Assembly (NCBI GenBank): GCA_031388915.1
Contig: JANMSB010000213.1
Coordinates: 1 to 33,609, forward strand
Source: Pseudomonadota bacterium
GTDB taxonomy: Bacteria > Pseudomonadota > Gammaproteobacteria > Steroidobacterales > Steroidobacteraceae
Direction of reading: 5' to 3'
DNA: 33,609 nt
The position numbers were made by a program, and so were the translations under genes. The notes under the pieces are model-generated. The model did not search any database and was not told where the DNA came from. It saw only the letters and a program-made list of their open reading frames with translations. The first letter of the stretch is position 1; every line of letters starts with the position of its first letter. This document shows positions 1 through 8,335 of the stretch, in pieces.

Positions 1-363
1 CGCCGTGGTGCCATTCCAGATCACTGCGTGTAGCTGACCATCGGCAGTGTATGAGGAGCCCACCACCTGCCCGGCGTTATTGATGCCGTAGGCTTGGCTG
101 CCAATATCATCGCCGAGCGTCCCGAGATCAGTCGCCGTGGCGCCATTCCAGATCGTTGCGTGCGCGTTACCACCGGCAGCAGATGACCAGCCCACCACCT
201 GTCCGGCGTTATTGATGCCGCTGGCAAAGCTGTAAGTACCACCCAGAGTACCTAGGTCGGCAATGGTGTATCCAGATGCCCAGGTAGGGCCGCTCAATGC
301 AAGACCTGCCAACAGAGTGGGCACGAGCGTATTCAATTTACGTGTTTGGTTTGCCGGCTTCAT
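1..363 (-). CDS. HAF-repeat extracellular protein, N-terminal part (3' end runs off the window)
   Basis: Absent from the ORF track because it has no in-window stop. Hand translation of the reverse strand from the ATG at 363-361 gives MKPANQTRKLNTLVPTLLAGLALSGPTWASGYTIADLGTLGGTYSFASGINNAGQVVGWSSAAGGNAHATIWNGATATDLGTLGDDIGSQAYGINNAGQVVGSSYTADGQLHAVIWNGTTA. This is a signal peptide followed by repeated GINNAGQVVG...A.IWNG units typical of the HAF extracellular repeat family. Confidence 0.75.
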   Translation of the reverse strand, partial: MKPANQTRKLNTLVPTLLAGLALSGPTWASGYTIADLGTLGGTYSFASGINNAGQVVGWSSAAGGNAHATIWNGATATDLGTLGDDIGSQAYGINNAGQVVGSSYTADGQLHAVIWNGTTA

Positions 364-911
364 TTATTGCTCCCTGAATTTAGATAGTTTTTGTTGATTC
401 TTCGCTCGAACGTTTCCGCGTGCGATTTCATTGTGATTGTTTCACCACCGCCGTCTTTAGGCAATGATGCGATTACATCAGACGCGTTGCGCTACCTAAA
501 CGACTAAACCTTCCTACAATCATGGGCGACTTTTTTACTTTTTTTAAAGTCGTAATTCAGTTTAAACATCGTACGCACCATTATTATGCAATGTCTTCAC
601 ATCCGAGGAGTTACGCAAATTATTTAGCAATTTTCACCCGCTGTACGCTCAATATCATGTGTGCTGGCATCAACAGCAACCCGATGGATCAACGCGTAGC
701 GGCACAATAAATCGACATACCTGCACCGTAATGGCAAAGGCCGTGAGTACACTTGCTTGCTCTAACAGGCAGAGCGTCTGCTATTGATAAAACTTCCTGC
801 ACTGATATTAGCGATAGCTTAAGGGCCGAACTCCGCGCTCCCAATGACCAGCGTGAAAAAATGGCCGCGCCTCTACAGCAACACCATTCCCACCCAACCA
901 AACAACGTCAG

Positions 912-2291
912 TCAAACACCCAGTGCTGAGTACTTGTCGCCGAACATCCAGCGCAGCAAGGTTGGACCTTGCATTCGCTTGATGAAGCGTGCGGCATTTT
1001 CGGGTCGAGCGTTGCGCTCAAACGATAGACAATCCGCAATCAATTTAGCAGCGCGTGGCGGTAGATTGGGAATGGGCGCATAGCTCAAGCACTTCTGGCG
1101 AGCAGCGTCCAGGCTGTGACGCTGGAAGGGATGCTTGCCGGTCAACAGTTCATACGCAATCACGCCGAGCGGATACAGATCATCGGCTGGATCGGCACTG
1201 CTGCGCGATGCGATAAGGTCGGCGCTGTAGGCCTCGTTGTAAGCACGCAAGGTCATCGTATCCAGCAACTCGATCGCCTCCAAGCTGGTGGGCAGCGCGT
1301 CAATCAGTTCAAAGCCCATGATCTTGGGCATGCCGGCATCAGTAACAAAAATCGAGCAGGGATTGAGGTTGGAATGCACCATGCCTTGCTTGTGCGCATA
1401 GGCAAGGCCGTTCGAGATGCCTTCGATGAGCGCCCACGCCGTGGCCAGCGGCAGCGGTGCTTTGCGCGCCTGTCGAATGATGTCCGCCAACCAGCGTCCG
1501 GACAGGTGCTCCATGGCCACGGACACTTGACCGTCGGCCTGCTCCACACCAAAAACTCTGGCAATGTTCGGATGCGCAAGGCCTTTGATGCGCGCCACCG
1601 CATCTTTCAATCTAGTCAACGATTCAGGCTGTTGGTGTAAATCAACCGCCACAACTTCGAGGATGATTCTGGAATCGGCCACGCCGGTGTTTTCAGCGGC
1701 CAGATCCGTGGCGATAAATACTTGCCCCATGCACCCATGGCCAAGCTTGCGCTCTAGTAGATAGCGATTATTAACCACCGACCCAAGGCTAGGCTGTCGC
1801 ATCGAGGCGGCAGTGCGCACAGAACCTGCCGGGCGCGGCTTGCAAGCAGCATCTGCAATACACTCAGAAACCTCTACGACGCCATTATCCAAGACGTCAA
1901 CAACGTCAATGCCCTGCTTGGTTTCTGTATTGCAAGTGACGACAGGTAACGCAGGAGCCTGTGTGCTCACCGGCGCTGCTTGCCGTGCGCCGCTGGGCGC
2001 CATCCACAGGGTTTTCTCCGAATCGAAAGCTTCTACGGCATCAAGCAACGCGCGGCCTACGGTCAACGGCAGGTGTTGTTGCTTGACGCGCGTTTCAATC
2101 ATCATGGGCCACAAACTGGTGCCCACCGGATTTTGGCGCACAGCTTCGGTAATGGCTGCGCAAACTTCGTTGACGTTGCCATGGTCAGGATTCAGTTTGT
2201 CGAGGAGATCATCGAGTAGTGAGCGCATGTTGTTTGTTCCAGACTCGCGACCGAAGCATGGATCCGCATATAGTTGGTATGGACACCCCAT
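912..2291 (-). CDS. Hanks-type Ser/Thr protein kinase homologue, predicted catalytically dead (pseudokinase), with an unrecognised ~170-aa N-terminal region
   Basis: 459-aa ORF. The kinase fold is recognisable from the G-loop LGHGCMGQVF, HPNIARVFG, and DDLYPLGVIAYELLTGKHPF (subdomain IX). The beta3 VAIK position reads IILEVV (K to E), HRDLKP reads HSNLNP, and DFG reads GFE. The start is uncertain: ATG at 2291, or MRSLL at 2228. Confidence 0.7.
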   Translation of the reverse strand: MGCPYQLYADPCFGRESGTNNMRSLLDDLLDKLNPDHGNVNEVCAAITEAVRQNPVGTSLWPMMIETRVKQQHLPLTVGRALLDAVEAFDSEKTLWMAPSGARQAAPVSTQAPALPVVTCNTETKQGIDVVDVLDNGVVEVSECIADAACKPRPAGSVRTAASMRQPSLGSVVNNRYLLERKLGHGCMGQVFIATDLAAENTGVADSRIILEVVAVDLHQQPESLTRLKDAVARIKGLAHPNIARVFGVEQADGQVSVAMEHLSGRWLADIIRQARKAPLPLATAWALIEGISNGLAYAHKQGMVHSNLNPCSIFVTDAGMPKIMGFELIDALPTSLEAIELLDTMTLRAYNEAYSADLIASRSSADPADDLYPLGVIAYELLTGKHPFQRHSLDAARQKCLSYAPIPNLPPRAAKLIADCLSFERNARPENAARFIKRMQGPTLLRWMFGDKYSALGV

Positions 2292-2502
2292 CCCCTGGAT
2301 GACGCACCGATTGTTCGTTGTTGCTATGGTAGTAGCGACGTTTGGCCAAGCCTAAATGCACCCCTCCTAAATAAGTGTGAAACACTTCACTAAGCAGCTC
2401 GACTATTGCGGGGTTCGTCCTACCCACGCACAACTGAAGATGATTGGTAGATCAGCGAAAGCTCATTGGGCTGCCCCAACCAACCACCATTGCGTCAAAT
2501 CA

Positions 2503-2904
2503 TTAACGATAATCGAGATGGCAGTCCGCACAGGTATCGCGCACGCGCTTCAGCATGGCGGCGTCGTACGCGCATGCGCCGGTGACCTGCGCTACCGGCG
2601 CAGCGGCGGTTCGTAACTGTTCTACATAACCGCGAAACGTAGCCTCTTGCTCAACCGCCAGCGGCAGCGCTAAAGCCAACTCGTCGGCGAGCCCTTGTAT
2701 GCGGCTTGCCGACACGCCTGCCGCAGCGCAATCGCCGCCCTCGACAGCCGTTTGCAAACCTTTTAAGTGAAACTGCGCCAGCCACATCACCGCCAGCGCG
2801 TGTTGGCGCTGGCGAATAGCTCGCTGCTGCAGCATTGCACCCAGGACGGCACCCAAGATCAGGCCCACCAAACCGATCACTAGAATTTTTTTCACTACCT
2901 GCAC
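2503..2904 (-). CDS. membrane-anchored class II c-type cytochrome (cytochrome c'/c-556-like four-helix-bundle type)
   Basis: 133-aa ORF with an N-terminal hydrophobic anchor (KKILVIGLVGLILGAVLGAML) and an Ala/Leu-rich helical body. A single CXXCH haem motif (CADCH) lies 5 residues from the C-terminus, the hallmark position for class II cytochromes c. The start is a GTG at 2904; an alternative GTG at 2895 follows an AGGTG. Confidence 0.55.
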   Translation of the reverse strand: MQVVKKILVIGLVGLILGAVLGAMLQQRAIRQRQHALAVMWLAQFHLKGLQTAVEGGDCAAAGVSASRIQGLADELALALPLAVEQEATFRGYVEQLRTAAAPVAQVTGACAYDAAMLKRVRDTCADCHLDYR

Positions 2905-3065
2905 CTAACTTTGTTGCGCCCCCGCCCACTCAAGGCAATACAGCCATTGTTGCAAATTCCTACTGAACAAGTGTTGGCATCTAACCTGCTCGCGTTCGCG
3001 CTCCTGGCCGGGCAAAATCACCGTTTGTCCATTTTCCGCCTTGTTCACTGGTTAATACTCGCCCC

Positions 3066-5954
3066 ATGTCGAATTCCAAGCCCGCTACTGAGCGCTCCGA
3101 ACCCATTCTGCTGACCTTTCTAAAGCGCCGTTGGCGCCTATTGAACGTACTGGGTGTGCTGCTATTGACCTATACCCTCTTGGGCACGTTGCTGGCGCCG
3201 CACCTGATCAACCAATACGCCACCGAATACGTGCACAACGAAATGCACCGCCAACTACACCTTGGCAAGGTGCAATTCAATCCATTCACGCTGTCCTTAC
3301 GAATCGGCCAAACAAACTTCTCCGAACAAAATGGCGCGCCCATCGTTCGATTCGATCACCTACTGGTGAATGCCGAACTCAGCTCGTTGTTCACCGGCAG
3401 CTACAACTTCAAACAGATTCAACTAAACGCGCCCAACTTGAACGTGGTGGTTGATACGCAGGGCAACCTCAACCTGGATTTCAGCGCCCCGAATATGCCA
3501 GAACCCGCACCCAGTGATGCGCCTCTGCCGGCCATACGCATTGGCGAATTGCAACTAAGCAATGGCCTGGTTCGTCTTGAGGATCACTCACGACCCCAGC
3601 CCTTCATCACTGAACTCAAGCCCATCGAGTTCATGGTGAAGGACTTTCGCACTGAACCTAACCACGGCAATGCGTTTCATTTCACGGGCGCCTCCAAAGC
3701 GGAAGAAACTTTCGATTGGCAAGGCGATTTCACGGTGCAGCCGCTGGGTTCGACAGGCAAGCTGCAGATTGCTGGCTTGAAGGCCAGCACCTTGCAAAGC
3801 TATTTGCAGGAGTCGTTGCCGATGCGTCTGTTGGCCGGCGAGGTGTCGATACAGGGCGACTATCAGCTAGCAGTGAATGAGCGTCTGGAGCTGAAACTCA
3901 ACCTGCCCAGCATTGATGTCAACGCGGTACAAGTTGCGCCCAAGCACGGCGATGACACGCCGTGGGTGTCGCTGTCCACCATGCAACTAATCGGCACGCA
4001 GGTATCGCTGCAACAGCGCAATGTCGCTATTCAAAAAGTTCGTATCGATGGATTGCAACTCAACGCCTGGCTCGACCAGGACTACAAGCTGAATCTATTG
4101 GAACTACTGGGACCGGATGAACCCAGCGAGAAACCTTGGAACAGTGCCGTGAAGGACATCGAGCTGGTGAATGCGCGCATGCAGATTGAAGACCGCAGCA
4201 TCGCGCCAACCGCGCAGTTCACCTTGTTTCCGGTGCTGTTACAGGTGCAGAACTTTAGCAGCGCACCGCACACCACCATCAACATAAACACCAAAATCCA
4301 TATCAACGAACGCGCCGATTTCGATGCCGCCGGCACGATTGATCTCGACACCTTGAGTTCACAACTGAAGCTCCGGCTAAGCAATTTCGCACTCAAGGAT
4401 GTGCAGAACTACGTCGCCACCAGCACCGATATGCTGGTTAGCGACGGCCGACTGACTACCGAAGGTGATCTTTATTACCAGGGCGATGCCGCCAACAAGC
4501 ATCCGCAACTCAAGTTCACCGGTAACGTTGAAGTCACCGACTTAAGCACGCAAGACACGCTGGAAAACAAAGACTTCATCAAGTGGCAATCGCTGCAACT
4601 CAAAAATCTGAGTTACAGCATGGCGCCCGATACATTGACGATAGAACAAATGATTGCGCGCCAACCCTATGGCCGCGTGATTATCGACAGCGACGGCAGC
4701 ACCAACATTCAGCACGTGCTGCGCATACAGCCCGAGCCTGCGACGAACGACAAGGCGAAACCAACCGCCAAAGTCCGCACAGCCGCGCCGACCATGCGCA
4801 CCCGCATCACCAAGGTGATCATTGCCGACGGCTCGGCCAACTTCACCGACAACAGCGTACAACCGACCTTTTCCACCGGCATGCAACGGTTGAACGGCGC
4901 CATCACCGGCCTGTCATCGGCCAATGATTCGCGCGCCAAGATCACACTGGACGGCAGTGTCGACAACCATGCGCCCGTGACGATCACCGGTGAGGCCAAC
5001 TTCCTGGCGGCGGACACCTACAGCGATGTCGCCATGAACTTCCGCAATATGGAGTTGACCACCTTCAACCCCTACTCCGGCAAGTTCGCCGGCTACAGCA
5101 TCGCCAAGGGCAAGCTCAGCACCGAACTGCGCTATCGAATTCAAGACCGCAAACTGGATGCGCAGCATCACATCGTGGTCGATCAACTGGAGTTCGGCGC
5201 TGCTACCGACAGCAAGGATGCCGTGCCCTTGCCGATCAAACTGGCGGTGTCATTGTTGAAAGATCGCAATGGCGTGATCGACCTAAACCTGCCGGTGAGC
5301 GGCAGTCTCGACGATCCGCAGTTCAAAGTTGGACCGGTAGTCTGGAAAGCCTTCCTCGGTCTACTCACCAAGATAGCCACAGCGCCGTTCTCGGCACTGG
5401 GCTCGTTGTTTGGTGGCGGACCCGAATTGGCCTATGTAGATTTTGTACCTGGCTCTACCAACTTGAGCGCGATAGAAGCCGACAAATTGAGCAAGCTCGC
5501 CAAAGCCATGGCGGAACGGCCACAGCTGAAGTTGAACATACCGCTGACCGTAGTCACCGATGCCGATGCTGCCGCTTTGAATGAAACGGCATTCAAACAA
5601 GCATTGAATGGCGTGCTGGCTAATGCCGCAACCGCAAATAACACTCAGCGTCTCACTGCGCTCACCACTTTGTACAAAGCTCGCGTCGGCAGTACGCCCA
5701 CCTTTCCGGCATCGAACGAGCCCGCAACTGAGGTCACCACAAGCCACATTGCTTACCTTGAAGCACAACTCAAGCCGCTATATGCGATTGGCGCCGCCGA
5801 TCGTGACGCACTCACTCGTGCGCGTGCCGATACCGTGCAAGCCGCGTTGCTTGTCAACAGCGAGTTAGCCGCCGAACGCATCTACCTTACTGCGCGCAGC
5901 AATGAAGTTGAATCACCCAATGGGGTAGTGCGCATGGAATTGAAGTTGGAGTAA
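3066..5954 (+). CDS. DUF748 domain-containing large envelope protein (AsmA-like clan)
   Basis: 962-aa ORF with one N-terminal TM helix (LNVLGVLLLTYTLLGTLLAPHLI) and a long beta-rich repetitive body. The C-proximal segment DLNLPVSGSLDDPQFKVGPVVWKAFLGLLTKIATAPFSALGSLFGG matches my memory of DUF748 proteins. Confidence 0.6.
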   Translation: MSNSKPATERSEPILLTFLKRRWRLLNVLGVLLLTYTLLGTLLAPHLINQYATEYVHNEMHRQLHLGKVQFNPFTLSLRIGQTNFSEQNGAPIVRFDHLLVNAELSSLFTGSYNFKQIQLNAPNLNVVVDTQGNLNLDFSAPNMPEPAPSDAPLPAIRIGELQLSNGLVRLEDHSRPQPFITELKPIEFMVKDFRTEPNHGNAFHFTGASKAEETFDWQGDFTVQPLGSTGKLQIAGLKASTLQSYLQESLPMRLLAGEVSIQGDYQLAVNERLELKLNLPSIDVNAVQVAPKHGDDTPWVSLSTMQLIGTQVSLQQRNVAIQKVRIDGLQLNAWLDQDYKLNLLELLGPDEPSEKPWNSAVKDIELVNARMQIEDRSIAPTAQFTLFPVLLQVQNFSSAPHTTININTKIHINERADFDAAGTIDLDTLSSQLKLRLSNFALKDVQNYVATSTDMLVSDGRLTTEGDLYYQGDAANKHPQLKFTGNVEVTDLSTQDTLENKDFIKWQSLQLKNLSYSMAPDTLTIEQMIARQPYGRVIIDSDGSTNIQHVLRIQPEPATNDKAKPTAKVRTAAPTMRTRITKVIIADGSANFTDNSVQPTFSTGMQRLNGAITGLSSANDSRAKITLDGSVDNHAPVTITGEANFLAADTYSDVAMNFRNMELTTFNPYSGKFAGYSIAKGKLSTELRYRIQDRKLDAQHHIVVDQLEFGAATDSKDAVPLPIKLAVSLLKDRNGVIDLNLPVSGSLDDPQFKVGPVVWKAFLGLLTKIATAPFSALGSLFGGGPELAYVDFVPGSTNLSAIEADKLSKLAKAMAERPQLKLNIPLTVVTDADAAALNETAFKQALNGVLANAATANNTQRLTALTTLYKARVGSTPTFPASNEPATEVTTSHIAYLEAQLKPLYAIGAADRDALTRARADTVQAALLVNSELAAERIYLTARSNEVESPNGVVRMELKLE

Positions 5955-5975
5955 CGCGATTAGGTAGGCTGTATA

Positions 5976-6025
5976 GGGGATTTCAATCCCCGCATCCGAA
6001 ACATAGGAGCTGGATTGAAATCCCC
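5976..6025. repeat. inverted repeat pair (REP-like), probable bidirectional terminator between convergent genes
   Basis: GGGGATTTCAATCC (5976-5989) is the perfect reverse complement of GGATTGAAATCCCC (6012-6025). Each arm is also internally palindromic (GGGGATT/AATCCCC). The pair sits in the 75-bp gap between the stops of the 3066..5954(+) and 6030..7052(-) genes. Confidence 0.6.
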
Positions 6026-6029
6026 ATCG

Positions 6030-7052
6030 TCAGTAGTTGGACGGAAATTCGTTGACTCCGGTGCCAACCAGTGTCAGACGCCTAAGCCCCGTACTACTAT
6101 TAACGCTGAACACACCAAAGACAGGTTCTTGTGTCAGATCCATGCGGTGAAAGTAGATGGTCGTGCCGTCCAGACTCCATGCTGGCTTGCTGTTTATTTG
6201 GGTGTCGTTAGGAATGAGTACTACGGGAGTAGAGAGCGTCATTGGGCTGGTGCTATTGACGCTGGCAAGTCGAATATTCCACGCACCCGCACCAGAATTT
6301 GCCGCCGGATCGGTGGTTGTCAGCCACGCAATACTTGATCCGCTGGGAGAAAAATAAGGGTCGTAGTCGGCGAGATCATCAAAGGTGAGCCGTGTTGGCG
6401 TGCCTAGCGGCGCAGTGGCACTCATGACGAATATTTCGTAGTTCGCTTCACTGGTGCAAGGCGCGGGCGTGCTCGGGCAGCCATTGAACAGGAGCTTGGT
6501 ACCATCGGGTGACCACGATACGTCGGTATTTATACCGGGTTGATTGGTGTATTGCACCGGCTGTCCGCCAGTCGAATTGGTGACAAAGATTTGCAAGGTG
6601 GCTCCGACGCTGCCGAACATGGCGATCTTGGTGCCATCAGGCGACCATTCGGCATGGCCTTGCTGCGACCAGCTGTAGGCACCTTGAGCAAGGAGCCGCG
6701 TAATGCCCGTGCCATCGGCATTCATCACCCACAAACTTGCCTGTGTGTAGTCATCCTGTTGAACTCCGGCGGGACGACGATAAAAAAGAATCTTTTTACG
6801 ATCAGGTGAAATGCGCGGCCACCAATGTTCATAGGCAGAGTCGTTGGTAAGTCGCGTGATAGCCGTGCCATCTTTCTTCATCACGTAGATTTCGCGATTG
6901 ACGCTGAGGCGCGTGGAGTCGAATACCAGTTGATCGGCTGCCAGCGCGACCACCGTAGGCGACGGTGAGAACGACTCGCCAGGCGTGTCGGAGCCACCAC
7001 CGCCGCAACTTGCGAGCGACGCGACCAGTGCAAGGATAATCAAGCTGCGCAT
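6030..7052 (-). CDS. TolB-like PD40 beta-propeller lipoprotein
   Basis: The ORF track gives 6030..7088 from a TTG. I prefer the ATG at 7052, which follows AGGGAG. That gives MRSLIILALVASLASCGGGG, a lipobox (LASC). The body has repeated PD40-like units (SPDGTKI, WSPDGTKLLF, FSPSGSSIAW, WSLDGTTIYF). Confidence 0.7.
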   Translation of the reverse strand: MRSLIILALVASLASCGGGGSDTPGESFSPSPTVVALAADQLVFDSTRLSVNREIYVMKKDGTAITRLTNDSAYEHWWPRISPDRKKILFYRRPAGVQQDDYTQASLWVMNADGTGITRLLAQGAYSWSQQGHAEWSPDGTKIAMFGSVGATLQIFVTNSTGGQPVQYTNQPGINTDVSWSPDGTKLLFNGCPSTPAPCTSEANYEIFVMSATAPLGTPTRLTFDDLADYDPYFSPSGSSIAWLTTTDPAANSGAGAWNIRLASVNSTSPMTLSTPVVLIPNDTQINSKPAWSLDGTTIYFHRMDLTQEPVFGVFSVNSSTGLRRLTLVGTGVNEFPSNY

Positions 7053-7302
7053 GAGGCTCCCTGATATACGGATTCGACTGCGTACCAACGCAACAGGCCG
7101 GAAGAATAAACGTCCAAGTGAGGAAAACCACCGTGTCGCCGGCAGGCGCCGATGCTGACGGCTCTCGTACCACCGGATTCACGACGCCCAATAAATAATG
7201 CAGGCGGTGCCGGCCAAAAGTGACCTAAGGCTCGTTGGCAGCGCTGGTTTTCCGTAGAATTGACGTCTATGCTTCCTGTTTGTTTTGTACCGGAGATTTT
7301 GC

Positions 7303-8151
7303 ATGTCGACTGCCGTGAAAACCCTTACCACCCGCCTTGCCCACGAACCATCCAAGCCGAGGATCGGCAGTCGCGTGCTGAATAGCAAGCAAGAGCTGTT
7401 GAGCGGCGAGCTTAGCAGCGAGATTCGTGAGCTGCTGGAACAGCGCGGCGTGCTGGTTTTTCCGGAAATCAATTTCACCAATGAAGAGCAGATCGCGTTC
7501 ACCAAGACGCTCGGCAAGTTCGCTCCCGAACGCAATAATATGGACGAGAGCGTCACCAAGATTTCGCTCGATCCCAAGGAAGCTGCCAGCGCCGAATACC
7601 TCAAGGGCTCGCTCTACTGGCATATCGACGGCACTATGAACCAAGTGCCGATCCTCGCCTCGCTGCTCACGAGCAAGAAGCTCCCCAGTTGGGGCGGCAA
7701 CACGGGTTTCTGTAACACCTATGCCGCTTGGGACGACCTGCCCGAGGAAAAGAAGGCGGAGCTTGAAGGGCTGCGCGTCATGCATTCGGTGTGGGCCTCG
7801 GTGTTTTACTACGAGCCCGAGCCGAGTTTGGCCAAGCTACAGGCCATGCAGTCGGTCGGCGAGCAGGAACTGCCGCTGGTATGGAAACACCGCTCGGGTC
7901 GCAAATCGCTGATCCTGGGCTGCACTGCGCATCACGTACTGGGCGTCAGCGCAGCGAAGAGCGCCGAGATTCTGATCGGTCTGCGCGAATGGGCGACCAG
8001 CGAGCAGTTCTCCTACAGTCACGAATGGAAAGTCGGCGACATGGTGATGTGGGACAACACCGGCACCATGCACCGCGCCGAGGCGTATGACCTTACCAGC
8101 GGTCGCATGCTCCATCGCACCAAGCTGGAAGGCGAAGAATCCTTCGTCTGA
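7303..8151 (+). CDS. TauD/TfdA-family Fe(II)/2-oxoglutarate-dependent dioxygenase
   Basis: HxD iron ligands are present in LYWHIDGT, and the distal His lies in WDNTGTMHRA. Size is about 282 aa. The start is placed at the ATG at 7303, preceded by GGAG, rather than at 7285. Confidence 0.7.
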   Translation: MSTAVKTLTTRLAHEPSKPRIGSRVLNSKQELLSGELSSEIRELLEQRGVLVFPEINFTNEEQIAFTKTLGKFAPERNNMDESVTKISLDPKEAASAEYLKGSLYWHIDGTMNQVPILASLLTSKKLPSWGGNTGFCNTYAAWDDLPEEKKAELEGLRVMHSVWASVFYYEPEPSLAKLQAMQSVGEQELPLVWKHRSGRKSLILGCTAHHVLGVSAAKSAEILIGLREWATSEQFSYSHEWKVGDMVMWDNTGTMHRAEAYDLTSGRMLHRTKLEGEESFV

Positions 8152-8177
8152 CAACACGCTGAAGCTAATGACTCAAG

Positions 8178-8214
8178 TGGCCTGGCCCTGTAACAGGGCC
8201 AGGCCATTTTTTTT
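8178..8214 (+). terminator. rho-independent terminator of the TauD-family gene
   Basis: Perfect 13-bp stem TGGCCTGGCCCTG / CAGGGCCAGGCCA with a 3-nt loop, followed by T8 (8207-8214). Confidence 0.85.
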
Positions 8215-8274
8215 GACAACTCGCCCATACGGCAATCGGCCACCACTTTGCAGCTCAAGGCCACATCGCGTTTG

Positions 8275-8305
8275 GAACGAGAAAGGCGGACCATATGGTC
8301 CGCCT
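8275..8305 (-). terminator. hairpin terminator downstream of the 8336..9211 gene
   Basis: Perfect palindrome AGGCGGACCATATGGTCCGCCT (8284-8305). On the minus strand it is followed by TTTCTCGTTCC. Confidence 0.5.
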
Positions 8306-8335
8306 TGAGTGCTAGTGCCCGAAAGGTGAAGAACG

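Noticed and set aside
522-1083. Small ORFs (62, 70 and 79 aa) in the HAF upstream region and at the kinase 3' end.
   Set aside because: They are short, have no RBS, and show low-complexity or odd composition. The 844..1083 ORF is antisense to the kinase gene's C-terminus.
1116-2355. Plus-strand ORFs of 174 aa (1116..1640), 66 aa, 180 aa (1813..2355) and 79 aa.
   Set aside because: All are antisense to the kinase-like gene. They are Arg/Ala/Gly-rich with no recognisable motif and no ribosome-binding site, which is typical of shadow ORFs on the opposite strand of a real gene.
5976-6025. Possible CRISPR repeat, also considered for the repeats at 10587-10622 and 13616-13683.
   Set aside because: These are only inverted pairs or a 12-bp in-frame coding tandem repeat. 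There is no array of direct repeats with unique spacers and no cas genes anywhere in the window.
7267-7785. 172-aa minus-strand ORF, plus the 141-aa ORF at 7179..7604.
   Set aside because: Both are antisense shadows of the TauD/TfdA gene, which carries clear family motifs. Neither has motifs of its own.
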